The notes below the pieces were generated by a model, which was not told the origin of the DNA, did no database searches, and saw nothing but the letters and a program-made list of their open reading frames with translations. This document shows, one piece after another, positions 8,618 to 17,845 of a stretch of DNA of 64,000 bases. Source of the stretch: Bacillota bacterium (lineage in GTDB: Bacteria > Bacillota > Limnochordia > Limnochordales > ZCTH02-B6); assembly GCA_017656145.1 (NCBI GenBank), contig JACDOI010000006.1, forward strand, positions 400 to 64,399, read 5' to 3'. How positions within the stretch are numbered: position 1 is the first letter of the stretch; each line of letters begins with the position of its first letter. The position numbers and the translations under genes were made by a program.

Positions 8618-9301
8618 CTAATTTCGGTCTAGATACTCCGGGTCCCGGGCGGCCCGGCACCCGTCTTGCAAAGGGCAGCGGCCGCACTGGGGACGGCGCT
8701 TGCGGCAACAGTCTTTCGCCAGCGCCACCAGGAGAGCGTGGTATTCGCCGAACAGCTCCGGGTCCGGGGGCAGGTTCCGATGGAACTCCGCCTGCCAATC
8801 GTCGTACCGGTCGGACGGCGGCCCGATGAGCCCGGTCCGGGAAAAGATTCGCCGCGTGTACGCGTCGATGACGAAGACAGGGTAACCTCCTGCGTAGAGC
8901 AAGATGGAGTCGGCGGTTTCCGGACCGACGCCCCGGACCCGTAACAGTTCCCGGCGAAGCGTCGCAGCCGGCGCGGCCAGCATGCGCGCCAGGTCTCCGC
9001 CGTAGCGGTCGTTCAGGAGGGTGCAGAACCGCTTGAGCGTGCAGGCCTTTGCCCGGAAATACCCGGCCGGCCGGATGGCTTCTTCGAGCTCGGCAACGGG
9101 AACCACGAGCACCCGAGCCGGCTCGAGCAGGCCGGCTTCCTTCATCCGGCCGATGGCCTTCTCGACGTTGCGCCAGCTGGTGGCCTGCGTGAGGATGGCG
9201 CCCACCACGATTTCAAACGGAGTTTCCGCGGGCCACCAATGCTGCGGGCCGTAGCGGTCCAACAGGCGAGCGAACACTTCTTCGAGCGAGAACCGGGCCA
9301 T
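8618..9301 (-). CDS. HhH-GPD / endonuclease III-related DNA glycosylase with [4Fe-4S] motif
   Basis: YGPQHWWPAETPFEIVVGAILTQ, GVGPETADSILLYA, C-x6-C-x2-C-x5-C. Confidence 0.9.
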   Translation of the reverse strand: MARFSLEEVFARLLDRYGPQHWWPAETPFEIVVGAILTQATSWRNVEKAIGRMKEAGLLEPARVLVVPVAELEEAIRPAGYFRAKACTLKRFCTLLNDRYGGDLARMLAAPAATLRRELLRVRGVGPETADSILLYAGGYPVFVIDAYTRRIFSRTGLIGPPSDRYDDWQAEFHRNLPPDPELFGEYHALLVALAKDCCRKRRPQCGRCPLQDGCRAARDPEYLDRN

Positions 9302-9346
9302 CGAATACCCCCGGGCGTCCGAGCTCGTCAATCGGAGCTGTGCCAG

Positions 9347-9376
9347 CTGTGGTCGTGACAACTGTGGTCGTGACAA
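9347..9376. repeat. 15-bp perfect tandem direct repeat
   Basis: CTGTGGTCGTGACAA x2 in the divergent intergenic region. Confidence 0.9.
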
Positions 9377-9473
9377 GGCGATTCTCATTATGACAAATCG
9401 GCTCCGAGGCTGCAAACCCCGCTGGCCGGGGTGCGACAGCGAAACAGACACGGCAGAGGAGGCGCCACGAGAG

Positions 9474-10388
9474 ATGGGACGATTTGCCTTCTTGCAAGGC
9501 CGGCTCGTGCCAATGGAGGAAGCCAAGATCAGCGTCATGACCCACGCCTTCATGTACGGCACGGCATGCTTCGAAGGCATCCGGGCGTACTGGAACGAGG
9601 GCGACGGGCAGATGTACGTCTTCCGCATGACCGAGCACTACCGGAGGTTGCTCAACAGCTGCAAGATTTTGCGCATCGATCCGGCCTACGGCCTGGAAGA
9701 CTTGAACCGCATCACCCTTGAGCTGTTGCGGAAGAACGGCGACCGCCAGGACATGTACTTGCGCCCCATATACTACAAATCGGGAGAGGACATCGGTCCC
9801 AGGCTCGCCGGCGTGGCGGACGATTTCCTCTTGTTCGCCATGCCCATGGGGGCCTATCTGGACTTGAGCAAGGGGCTCAAAGTTCGGGTCTCCTCCTGGA
9901 CCCATCTCAGCGACAATACCATCCCCATGCGGGCCAAAATCAACGGCGCCTACGTCAACGCCGCCCTGGCCAAAACTGAGGCGATGGACGACGGGTACGA
10001 TGAAGCCATTTTCCTTACCAAGGAAGGGAAGGTCTCCGAAGGCACCGCGGAAAACTTGTTCATTGTGCGCGACGGCCGCGTCATCACCACACCGGTGACG
10101 GCCGACATCCTCGAAGGGATCACCCGGGTAACCGTCATGGAGCTGGTTCGGGAGGAACTGGGGTTGCCGGTGGTCGAGCGAGAGATTGACCGGACCGAGC
10201 TCTACCTGGCCGATGAGGCGTTCTTCGTCGGCACGGGAGCCCAGGTGAGCCCCATCGCGGAAATCGACCGGCGTCTCATCGGCGACGGGAAGCCGGGACC
10301 GATCACCCGCCAGCTTCAGGAGCTCTATTTCGACGTGGTCCGCGGCCGGGTGCCCAAATACCGTCATTGGTGCACGCCGGTGTATTGA
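9474..10388 (+). CDS. ilvE: Branched-chain amino acid aminotransferase
   Basis: THAFMYGTACFEGIRAY, AKINGAYVN, EGTAENLF, LEGITR, FFVGTGAQ. Confidence 0.93.
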   Translation: MGRFAFLQGRLVPMEEAKISVMTHAFMYGTACFEGIRAYWNEGDGQMYVFRMTEHYRRLLNSCKILRIDPAYGLEDLNRITLELLRKNGDRQDMYLRPIYYKSGEDIGPRLAGVADDFLLFAMPMGAYLDLSKGLKVRVSSWTHLSDNTIPMRAKINGAYVNAALAKTEAMDDGYDEAIFLTKEGKVSEGTAENLFIVRDGRVITTPVTADILEGITRVTVMELVREELGLPVVEREIDRTELYLADEAFFVGTGAQVSPIAEIDRRLIGDGKPGPITRQLQELYFDVVRGRVPKYRHWCTPVY

Positions 10389-10495
10389 GCGGCCCGGCGC
10401 CCGGCCAACCGGCGGGCGCCGTTTTCCATTTTGGCCTCGATTTGATGTATAATGGCCGGCGGAACGCCGGCGGAAGGCTAGGGAGGTCTGGAGAC

Positions 10496-11629
10496 TTGAA
10501 GCTCATCGAAAGCCAGGCGAAAGCCATCTTCGCCGAGACTGGAATACCCGTTCCGCCCGGGCGCATCGCGCGCACGCCGGATGAAGCCCGGGCCATCGCG
10601 CAAGAGATCGGCGGGCGCGTCGCAGTCAAGGCTCAGGTGCCCATCGGCGGCCGGGGGAAGGCGGGCGGCATCAAGCTGGCCGCCGGGCCCGATGAAGCCT
10701 ACGAGGTGGCCCGGCAAATTCTCGGCATGGACGTGCGGGGCTATCCGGTTGAGCGGGTCCTGGTGGAACAGGCCGGCAGCATCGAGCAGGAGTATTACTT
10801 GAGCATCACCGTCGACAGGGACCGGCAAGCCCACGTCTTCATCCTCTCGTCCGCGGGCGGGATGGACATCGAGGAGATCGCGGCCCAACACCCGGAAAAG
10901 GTCGTCAAGCTGTGGCTGGACGCAGGACTAGGCCTTCGGGACTTCCACATCCGCGATCTCGCCGTTCGGGCTGGGGTGCCGGCCGAGCTCTTCCCCCAGC
11001 TGGCGGCCATCGCGCGGCGGATCTACGAGATCGCCCGCTCCCGTGATGCAAGCCTGGTGGAGATTAACCCGCTGGCCCGCTTGAGCGACGGCCGGCTCGT
11101 GGCGCTGGACGGCAAGATGGAAATCGATGACAACGCGCTGTTTCGCCAGAAGGCGCTGGCCGAGCTCAAGGAAGCGGAAGGCGACCACCCGCTGGAGGTC
11201 GAGGCGAGAAAGCGCGGGCTGCAATACGTCAAGCTTGACGGCTACGTCGGCGTCATCGGCAACGGCGCGGGGCTCGTCATGACGACGCTGGACATGATCC
11301 AGCGCAGCGGCGGAAAAGCCGCAAACTTCCTCGATATCGGCGGCGGGGCCCGGGCGGAGGTGGTGAGGAACGCCTTGGAGGTGGTCCTTTCGGATCCCGA
11401 CGTCAAGTCGGTCCTCATCAACGTCTTCGGCGGCATCACCCGCTGCGACGAAGTGGCGCGGGGACTGCTCGCGGTGATGGACTCCATGGACATCCGGGTG
11501 CCGGTGGTCGTGCGGCTGGCGGGTACCCGGGAGGAAGAGGGGCGAAAGCTCCTTGAAGGCACCGCACTGACTCCGGCCGCGACGTTTCAGGAAGCGGCCC
11601 AAAAGGCCGTAGCCGCGGCGCAACGGTAA
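10496..11629 (+). CDS. sucC: Succinyl-CoA synthetase beta subunit
   Basis: [49 protein letters not shown]; TTG start after GGGAGG. Confidence 0.96.
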   Translation: MKLIESQAKAIFAETGIPVPPGRIARTPDEARAIAQEIGGRVAVKAQVPIGGRGKAGGIKLAAGPDEAYEVARQILGMDVRGYPVERVLVEQAGSIEQEYYLSITVDRDRQAHVFILSSAGGMDIEEIAAQHPEKVVKLWLDAGLGLRDFHIRDLAVRAGVPAELFPQLAAIARRIYEIARSRDASLVEINPLARLSDGRLVALDGKMEIDDNALFRQKALAELKEAEGDHPLEVEARKRGLQYVKLDGYVGVIGNGAGLVMTTLDMIQRSGGKAANFLDIGGGARAEVVRNALEVVLSDPDVKSVLINVFGGITRCDEVARGLLAVMDSMDIRVPVVVRLAGTREEEGRKLLEGTALTPAATFQEAAQKAVAAAQR

Positions 11630-11648
11630 CGAGGAGGTAAGACCGTCC

Positions 11649-12518
11649 GTGAGCATTCTCGTCGATGGGAACACCCGTCTCATCGTGCAGGGCATCACCG
11701 GCCGCGAAGGCCAGTTTCACACAAGCCAGATGATGGCGTACGGAACCAACGTGGTGGCAGGCGTCACGCCTGGCAAGGGCGGGCAGGAGGTGCTGGGCGT
11801 GCCGGTGTTCGACACCGTCCGGGAGGCAGTGCGGGCCACCGATGCGAACACGTCCATCATCTTCGTACCGGCGCCCTTTGCCGCCGAAGCGGTGCTGGAA
11901 GCCGCCGAGGCCGGCGTCGATCTCATCGTCTGCATCACCGAGGGGATTCCCGTTCAAGACATGATTGAGACGGTTCAGTACGTTCGCCGTCAGGGGGTGC
12001 GGCTCATCGGGCCCAACTGCCCGGGTCTCATTTCCGCCGGGCAGGCTTTGGTGGGCATCTTGCCGGGGCGCATCTTCACGCCGGGCCCTGTGGGGCTCGT
12101 CTCCCGCAGCGGCACCTTGACGTATGAGGTGGTCAACGAGCTGTCGTCCCGCGGTATCGGGCAGTCGACGTGCGTCGGCATCGGCGGCGACCCGATCATC
12201 GGTACCCGCTTCGTCGACGTCCTCCGCATGTTTGAGGCCGATCCCGACACCGAAGTCGTTGTAATGATCGGTGAGATCGGCGGCTCCGACGAGGAGGAGG
12301 CGGCTGAGTACATCAAGGAGATGCGGACGCCGGTCGTCAGCTTCATCTCAGGCCGTACCGCTCCTCCCGGCAAGCGGATGGGCCACGCGGGCGCCATCAT
12401 CTCCGGCGGGCGGGGAACCGCCCAATCGAAGGTCGAGGCGCTGGAGGCGGCTGGCGTTCCTGTGGCGGCCACCATCACCGAAATCGCGGACAAAGTGGCC
12501 GAGGCACTCGGACGCTAG
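11649..12518 (+). CDS. sucD: Succinyl-CoA synthetase alpha subunit
   Basis: [37 protein letters not shown] (phospho-His). Confidence 0.97.
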   Translation: MSILVDGNTRLIVQGITGREGQFHTSQMMAYGTNVVAGVTPGKGGQEVLGVPVFDTVREAVRATDANTSIIFVPAPFAAEAVLEAAEAGVDLIVCITEGIPVQDMIETVQYVRRQGVRLIGPNCPGLISAGQALVGILPGRIFTPGPVGLVSRSGTLTYEVVNELSSRGIGQSTCVGIGGDPIIGTRFVDVLRMFEADPDTEVVVMIGEIGGSDEEEAAEYIKEMRTPVVSFISGRTAPPGKRMGHAGAIISGGRGTAQSKVEALEAAGVPVAATITEIADKVAEALGR

Positions 12519-12560
12519 CGGCCCCGACGAGAAACAAATCCCAGCGGGAGGACAGCGCCA

Positions 12561-14087
12561 GTGAGACGCGAAGCAAACCGGCGGACCGGACAGTGGATTT
12601 GCGCCATCTTGTTGATGACCGCCGCATTGTCGGCGGGGGTGCTTCCAGCGCAAGCCGCGACGGTGGTCGTGGCCAACCCGGGCGAGCCCCCGACGTTGGA
12701 CCCGAACATAACGTTTAACGGCTATTCGTTCGTTATAACCAATCAAGTCGCCGAGACCCTTGTTTCCAAGGACGACGAAGGGTTTCAACCGCGCCTGGCG
12801 ACCCATTGGGAAGCTGTGGACGATCGCACGTGGCGCTTCACGTTGCGTCAAGGCGTCCAGTTCCACGACGGAACGCCGTTTGACGCCCAGGCGGTCAAGT
12901 TTACCCTGGAGCGGATTCTCGATCCCGCGACGCAAGCCAGAGGTCGCTTCGTCGTCAGCATGATCGAAGAGGTCCGCGTGATCGACTCCCATACGGTGGA
13001 AATTGTCACCAGCTACCCGTTTGCCCCGCTGCTGGCCCACCTGGCCCATCCGGTGACGGCCATCGTCAGCCCTGCGGCGGTGGAACGGTACGGGGACGAT
13101 TTCGGCCGCCATCCGGTGGGAACCGGGCCGTTTGTGTTCGAAAGCTGGCAGTCCGGCGATCAGGTGGTGTTGCGGCGCAATCCCGACTATTGGGGCGGCG
13201 CCCCGGAGATCGACACGTTGATAATTCGGACTATCCCCGAGCCGACCACGCAAATCGTGGAGCTGCGGTCCGGGGCGGTGGACATTATCTTCAACGTGCC
13301 GGCCGATCAAATTGCGGATCTGGCAGGCCAGCCGGGGATTGCGGTGCACAAGGCGCTTGGGTGGGGATCGACGTTCCTGGGCTTCAACGTCACCCGCGGG
13401 CCGCTGGCCGACGCCCGGGTGCGCCGGGCTATTGCGTATGCCCTGGACCGGGAGGCCATGGCCACCCAGCTCATGCAAGGGATGGCCGTCCCCGCGGCGG
13501 GCATGGTGCCCGAGACGGTGTGGGGCGCGGTCGAGTTGGAACCGTACGAATACGACCTTGAGAAGGCCCGGCAGCTTTTGGCCGAGGCCGGCTACCCGGG
13601 CGGTTTCCGCACGTCTTTGGTGGCCTTCGAATCCGCGGAGCTTCGCCTGATGGCGGAAGCCATCCAGTTTCAGCTCGAGCAGGTGGGCATCCAGGTGGAC
13701 GTGCAGGTCACAGACTATGGCGCCTACGTGGGGCTGGTCAGCCAGGAAGACCGGGAAGGCATGTACTTAACCACATGGGGAACCGTCACCCTGGACGCGG
13801 ATTACACCCTTTACGCCCTGCTGCACTCGTCGCAAATACCGGACAACAACATTTCGTTTTACCGCAATCCGCGGGTTGACCAGCTGCTGGACGAGGCCCG
13901 GCAGCAGCCGGACCCCGCGGCTCGGATGGCGGCCTATCGCGAGGTGGCTGAGATCGTGCATGAGGAGTTGCCGATCCTCACCTTGTATTATCCGTTGTTC
14001 AGCTACGCCAAGCGGGACCGGATCGAAGGTGAGGTCATCAACTTCTCCTGGATCAACCTCAATCTGACGGGTGCGAGGGTCAAGTAG
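12561..14087 (+). CDS. Peptide/glutathione ABC transporter substrate-binding protein (family 5)
   Basis: Signal peptide (AQA cleavage), LRQGVQFHDGTPFDA.AVKF, PVGTGPF. Confidence 0.92.
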   Translation: MRREANRRTGQWICAILLMTAALSAGVLPAQAATVVVANPGEPPTLDPNITFNGYSFVITNQVAETLVSKDDEGFQPRLATHWEAVDDRTWRFTLRQGVQFHDGTPFDAQAVKFTLERILDPATQARGRFVVSMIEEVRVIDSHTVEIVTSYPFAPLLAHLAHPVTAIVSPAAVERYGDDFGRHPVGTGPFVFESWQSGDQVVLRRNPDYWGGAPEIDTLIIRTIPEPTTQIVELRSGAVDIIFNVPADQIADLAGQPGIAVHKALGWGSTFLGFNVTRGPLADARVRRAIAYALDREAMATQLMQGMAVPAAGMVPETVWGAVELEPYEYDLEKARQLLAEAGYPGGFRTSLVAFESAELRLMAEAIQFQLEQVGIQVDVQVTDYGAYVGLVSQEDREGMYLTTWGTVTLDADYTLYALLHSSQIPDNNISFYRNPRVDQLLDEARQQPDPAARMAAYREVAEIVHEELPILTLYYPLFSYAKRDRIEGEVINFSWINLNLTGARVK

Positions 14088-14096
14088 GTAGAAACG

Positions 14097-15026
14097 GTGG
14101 CGCGATACTTGCTGCACCGGCTCCTGGGCACGCTGGCCGTGCTCTGGGGAATGACCGTCCTTGTGTTTCTCATGATCCATGCTACCCCAGGAGACCCAGC
14201 CCGGGCTCTCCTGGGGGATATGGGCCGGGGGGCGACCGAGGAGGACGTGGCCTTGATCAGGGCCCAGCTGGGCCTCGACCGCCCCCTCCTGGCGCAGTAC
14301 CAAGACTTTCTCGCCAAACTGCTCCGGGGGGACCTCGGCAAATCGTGGCGGTCCAACCGTCCTGTGGCCGAGGAAATTCGCGAGCGGTTCCCCTACACGG
14401 TCCAGCTGGCCGGGACGTCGCTCGTAATCGCCGTCCTCTTCGGAATACCTGCCGGCGTCGTCGCGGCGGCGCGGCCGTACTCGAGAATCGACTACGCCTT
14501 AACAGTCGCGTCCCTTGTGGGTGTGTCCGTGCCCGTGTTCTGGCTGGGCTTGTTGCTCATGATGTTGTTCTCTCTCGTCCTGGGGTGGTTTCCGGCCTCG
14601 GGCAGTGGCTCCTGGAAACACCTGGTGATGCCCGCTGTGACCATCGGCGCCGCGTCGACGGCGTTCATCGCTCGCATGACCCGCGCGGCGGTGCGGGAGG
14701 CGCTGGCCGAAGACTACGTGCGCACCGCCCGGGCGAAAGGACTGGCCGAGGTGTGGGTAGTGGGCAAGCACGCCCTGCGGAACGCGGCCATGCCGATTCT
14801 GACCACCGTCGGCCTGGAGTTGGGGAGCCTGATGGGCGGCGCGGTGCTGACCGAGACGGTGTTTGCTTGGCCCGGTCTTGGCCGTTTGACTGTCCAGGCC
14901 ATTTTGGCCCGGGACATCCAGTTGCTGCAAGGATGCGTCTTATTTACGGCGGCCGTTTTTTCCGGCGTCAACTTGCTGGTGGACATCGGTTACACCTGGT
15001 TGAACCCGAAGGTGCGCTTCGGATGA
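14097..15026 (+). CDS. Peptide ABC transporter permease (DppB/NikB-like)
   Basis: PGDPA, LGLDRPL..QY, DYVRTARAKGL, ETVFAWPGLG. Confidence 0.93.
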   Translation: MARYLLHRLLGTLAVLWGMTVLVFLMIHATPGDPARALLGDMGRGATEEDVALIRAQLGLDRPLLAQYQDFLAKLLRGDLGKSWRSNRPVAEEIRERFPYTVQLAGTSLVIAVLFGIPAGVVAAARPYSRIDYALTVASLVGVSVPVFWLGLLLMMLFSLVLGWFPASGSGSWKHLVMPAVTIGAASTAFIARMTRAAVREALAEDYVRTARAKGLAEVWVVGKHALRNAAMPILTTVGLELGSLMGGAVLTETVFAWPGLGRLTVQAILARDIQLLQGCVLFTAAVFSGVNLLVDIGYTWLNPKVRFG

Positions 15027-15886
15027 CCACAACTCGGCCCGGGGCCCCGGCAACGGCGTGGCGCCGGTTTTCCCGCCACCGGCTGGCTGTGGCCGGCGCA
15101 ATTCTTTTGGTCGCCCTGGCGGCCGTTTCCGTGGCCGCACCGTGGCTTGCTCCTTACGAGCCGGACGCCCAGAACTGGCGCGAGCGGCTTCAGGCGCCCA
15201 GCCTCCGGCATCCGTTCGGAACCGACCACGTCGGCCGGGACGTCCTAAGCCGCGTCCTTTTCGGCGGCCGGCTGTCGCTGGCATCAGGCCTCTTGCCGGT
15301 CCTGCTCGGCGGCGCCGCGGGAACGCTCCTCGGCCTTGTGGCTGGGTTCTCCAAACCGTGGATGGACAGCCTGATCATGCGCATCATGGATGTGCTCCTG
15401 GCGCTGCCGTCCCTGTTTCTGGCCCTGGCGGTGGTCGGCACCCTGGGCCCCGGTTGGTTCAACGCGGTGCTGGCGGTGGCCGTCGTTTCGGTGCCGGGCT
15501 ACGCTCGGATTGTCCGAGCCCGGGTTCTGGCGCTGAAGAATGAGCCGTTCGTGGAGGCGGCCCGGGCCTCGGGTGCCAAGAGTAGCCGGATCCTGATGCG
15601 CCATGTGCTGCCCAACGCCCTCTCGCCCATCCTGGTGCAAGCGACCCTGAGCTTTGGCTCAGCCCTGTTGTCCATGGCCGGGCTCAGCTTTTTGGGCCTG
15701 GGCGTACAACCGCCGGCCGCCGACTGGGGAAACATGTTGGCCGCCAGCCGCCGGTTCCTGCCGCGCGCCTACTGGTTGGGGCTGTTTCCAGGGATGTGCA
15801 TCATGCTGGCGGTGCTGGCGATCAATCTCATCGGGGACGGGCTGCGGGACGCCCTCGACCCGCGCTCTGAGGACAGGCGAGCCTAG
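15023..15886 (+). CDS. Peptide ABC transporter permease (DppC-like)
   Basis: HPFGTD..GRDVLSR, FVEAARASGA (EAA motif), LSFLGLG, GDGLRDALDP; ATGA overlap with the upstream gene. Confidence 0.93.
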   Translation: MTTTRPGAPATAWRRFSRHRLAVAGAILLVALAAVSVAAPWLAPYEPDAQNWRERLQAPSLRHPFGTDHVGRDVLSRVLFGGRLSLASGLLPVLLGGAAGTLLGLVAGFSKPWMDSLIMRIMDVLLALPSLFLALAVVGTLGPGWFNAVLAVAVVSVPGYARIVRARVLALKNEPFVEAARASGAKSSRILMRHVLPNALSPILVQATLSFGSALLSMAGLSFLGLGVQPPAADWGNMLAASRRFLPRAYWLGLFPGMCIMLAVLAINLIGDGLRDALDPRSEDRRA

Positions 15887-16073
15887 CCGCAAACCGGCGC
15901 GCCGCCGTTCCGGCTCAACAGATGCGGCCGGCTCAGATGCGGCGGCGGCGCCAAACGACCAGTAGCGTGCGGCCCCGGGCCCGAAGGACCGGGTTCAAGA
16001 CGACCTGCAACACGCGCCACAGCACAACCATCGCCCCCAGCCCGGGCCGGCCGGGCACCCCGGCCGGCAACTG

Positions 16074-17636
16074 CTAACCAGTATATCCCGGGACGTCCCG
16101 GGATGTGCCTGGCCGGCCCGGGGCCGAAGCGGTGTCGATCTGCGCCCGCTGCAGGCGGCCCGAGTAATCGACATAGATCGTCTTCCACTCGGTGAACCCG
16201 TCCAGCGCCTGGACCGCGGCCTCCCGGTGGCCGTTTCCGGTGCTTCGGGTGCCGCCGAAGGGCAGATGAACCTCGGCACCGGTGGTGCCGTGGTTTATGT
16301 AAACGATGCCGGACGTCATGTCCCGGGCGGCTCGCATGGCCCGGTTGACGTCGCGGGTGTAGATGCCGCTTGAAAGCCCGTAGGCGCTGTCATTGTTGAT
16401 CCGGATGGCCTCCTCCAGGCTGTCGCACGGAACGATGACCGCCGTGGGCCCAAAGATCTCCTCCCGGGCCACCCGCATGCCGGGCCGGACGTCGCCGAAC
16501 AGCGTCGGCCGGTAGAAGAAACCCCGGGCGCATTCGCCTTCCCGGTACATCTCGCCGCCGCACAAAAGGCGCGCTCCTTCGGCCAGGCCCAGCTCCGTAT
16601 AGCGGTGTACCCGATCCAGCTGGCGCCGGCTGGCGACGGGCCCCACGTCGGTATCGTCGGCTAGCGGATTGCCCAGGCGGAGCTTTTGGGCCCGCTCGAC
16701 CAGCCGCTCGGTGAGCTCCTCCAGAACCCGGCGGTGGACGATGAGGCGGCTTGCGGACGTGCACCGCTGTCCGGTGGTGCCGAAGGCGCTCCACAAAATG
16801 CCTTCGACGGCTAAATCCAAGTCGGCGTCGTCCATGACTGCAATCGCGTTTTTCCCGCCCATCTCCAGCAACACCCGCTTGCCGCGCCGGGCCGCCTCCG
16901 CCGCGATGCGCGTGCCCGTTTCCGTCGATCCGGTGAAGGCGATGACGCGCACCCCGGGATGTTCGACCAAGGCAGCGCCCGCGCGGGGGCCTGTTCCGAG
17001 AACGACGTTCAGCACACCCGGCGGAAGCCCGGCCTCTTCCAAGATGAGTGCGAGGGCCAGCGACACCCGGGGCGTGTCCTCGGCCGGTTTCCAGACGACG
17101 GTGTTGCCCGCGATGAGCGCCGGGCCCAGCTTCCACGAGGGGACCGCGGCGGGGAAGTTCCAAGGAGTGATCAAGCCCACGACCCCTACCGGGTCCCGCA
17201 CGCAGCAGGCGAACTTGTCGGGCATCTCAGAGGGGGTGGTGAACCCGAACATTCGCCGCCCTTCGCCGGCCATGTATGCGAATTCGTCGATCGCTTCCTG
17301 GACGTCGCCTCGGGCTTCCAAGAGCACCTTGCCCATCTCCTCGGCCATAAGCCGGGCCAAAGCCTCTTTGCGCTCGGCCAAAAGCTGGGCCGCCCGCGAC
17401 AGGATCTCGCCCCGCCGCGGCGCGGGCACCGAGCGCCATCCGGCAAACGCCTCTTGGGCCGCTTCCACCGCCTGATCCACTTCAGCCCCGCCAGCTACGG
17501 ATACGTGGCCGAGCAGTTCTCCGGTGGCGGGGTTGATGTCGGGATACAGCTCTCCCGTGCTGCCCTCCACCCAGCGCCCCGCGATGTAGCTCGAAAGAAC
17601 CGGCTCCGGCATCGCCGGCCCAAGGTAATCCGCCAT
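16074..17636 (-). CDS. NAD-dependent aldehyde dehydrogenase
   Basis: ITPWNFP, FTGSTETG, LEMGGKN, GQRCTS (catalytic Cys), EEIFGP, PFGG. Confidence 0.95.
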   Translation of the reverse strand: MADYLGPAMPEPVLSSYIAGRWVEGSTGELYPDINPATGELLGHVSVAGGAEVDQAVEAAQEAFAGWRSVPAPRRGEILSRAAQLLAERKEALARLMAEEMGKVLLEARGDVQEAIDEFAYMAGEGRRMFGFTTPSEMPDKFACCVRDPVGVVGLITPWNFPAAVPSWKLGPALIAGNTVVWKPAEDTPRVSLALALILEEAGLPPGVLNVVLGTGPRAGAALVEHPGVRVIAFTGSTETGTRIAAEAARRGKRVLLEMGGKNAIAVMDDADLDLAVEGILWSAFGTTGQRCTSASRLIVHRRVLEELTERLVERAQKLRLGNPLADDTDVGPVASRRQLDRVHRYTELGLAEGARLLCGGEMYREGECARGFFYRPTLFGDVRPGMRVAREEIFGPTAVIVPCDSLEEAIRINNDSAYGLSSGIYTRDVNRAMRAARDMTSGIVYINHGTTGAEVHLPFGGTRSTGNGHREAAVQALDGFTEWKTIYVDYSGRLQRAQIDTASAPGRPGTSRDVPGYTG

Positions 17637-17667
17637 ACGGTTCACCGCCTCCTCAGTTCGGAGTATC

Positions 17668-17685
17668 TTTTGAAACGATTCACAA
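17668..17685. promoter_or_regulatory. Probable Rex operator
   Basis: TTTTGAA-ACGA-TTCACAA versus Rex consensus TTGTGAA-N4-TTCACAA (1 mismatch). Confidence 0.65.
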
Positions 17686-17845
17686 CTTAGATGCCCGTTC
17701 CTCTGAAATCCGTGAAACCCGGACGGAGCATGGGCGTAGGTTCCGCGCGGCGAAGGAATCCACCAGGGGTCAGGTAGAATAGAAGAAGGAACGCCCGGAG
17801 GGCGGAACGACAGCTGGACAGCCGGGGCAGCGGGAGGTCGAGCTT

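Noticed and set aside
9390-9473. T-box or attenuator upstream of ilvE
   Set aside because: Region too short and lacks the T-box motif AAnnnGGTGGnACC and a terminator
15910-15945. Short imperfect repeat CGGCTC(AAC)AGATGCGGC x2
   Set aside because: Only two short copies, no spacers or cas genes; not a CRISPR or recognisable element
16085-16104. Perfect 20-bp palindrome ATCCCGGGACGTCCCGGGAT
   Set aside because: GC-rich, single copy, at the 3' end of the ALDH; most simply a terminator-like hairpin overlapped by a C-terminal tail; does not match NBS or parS
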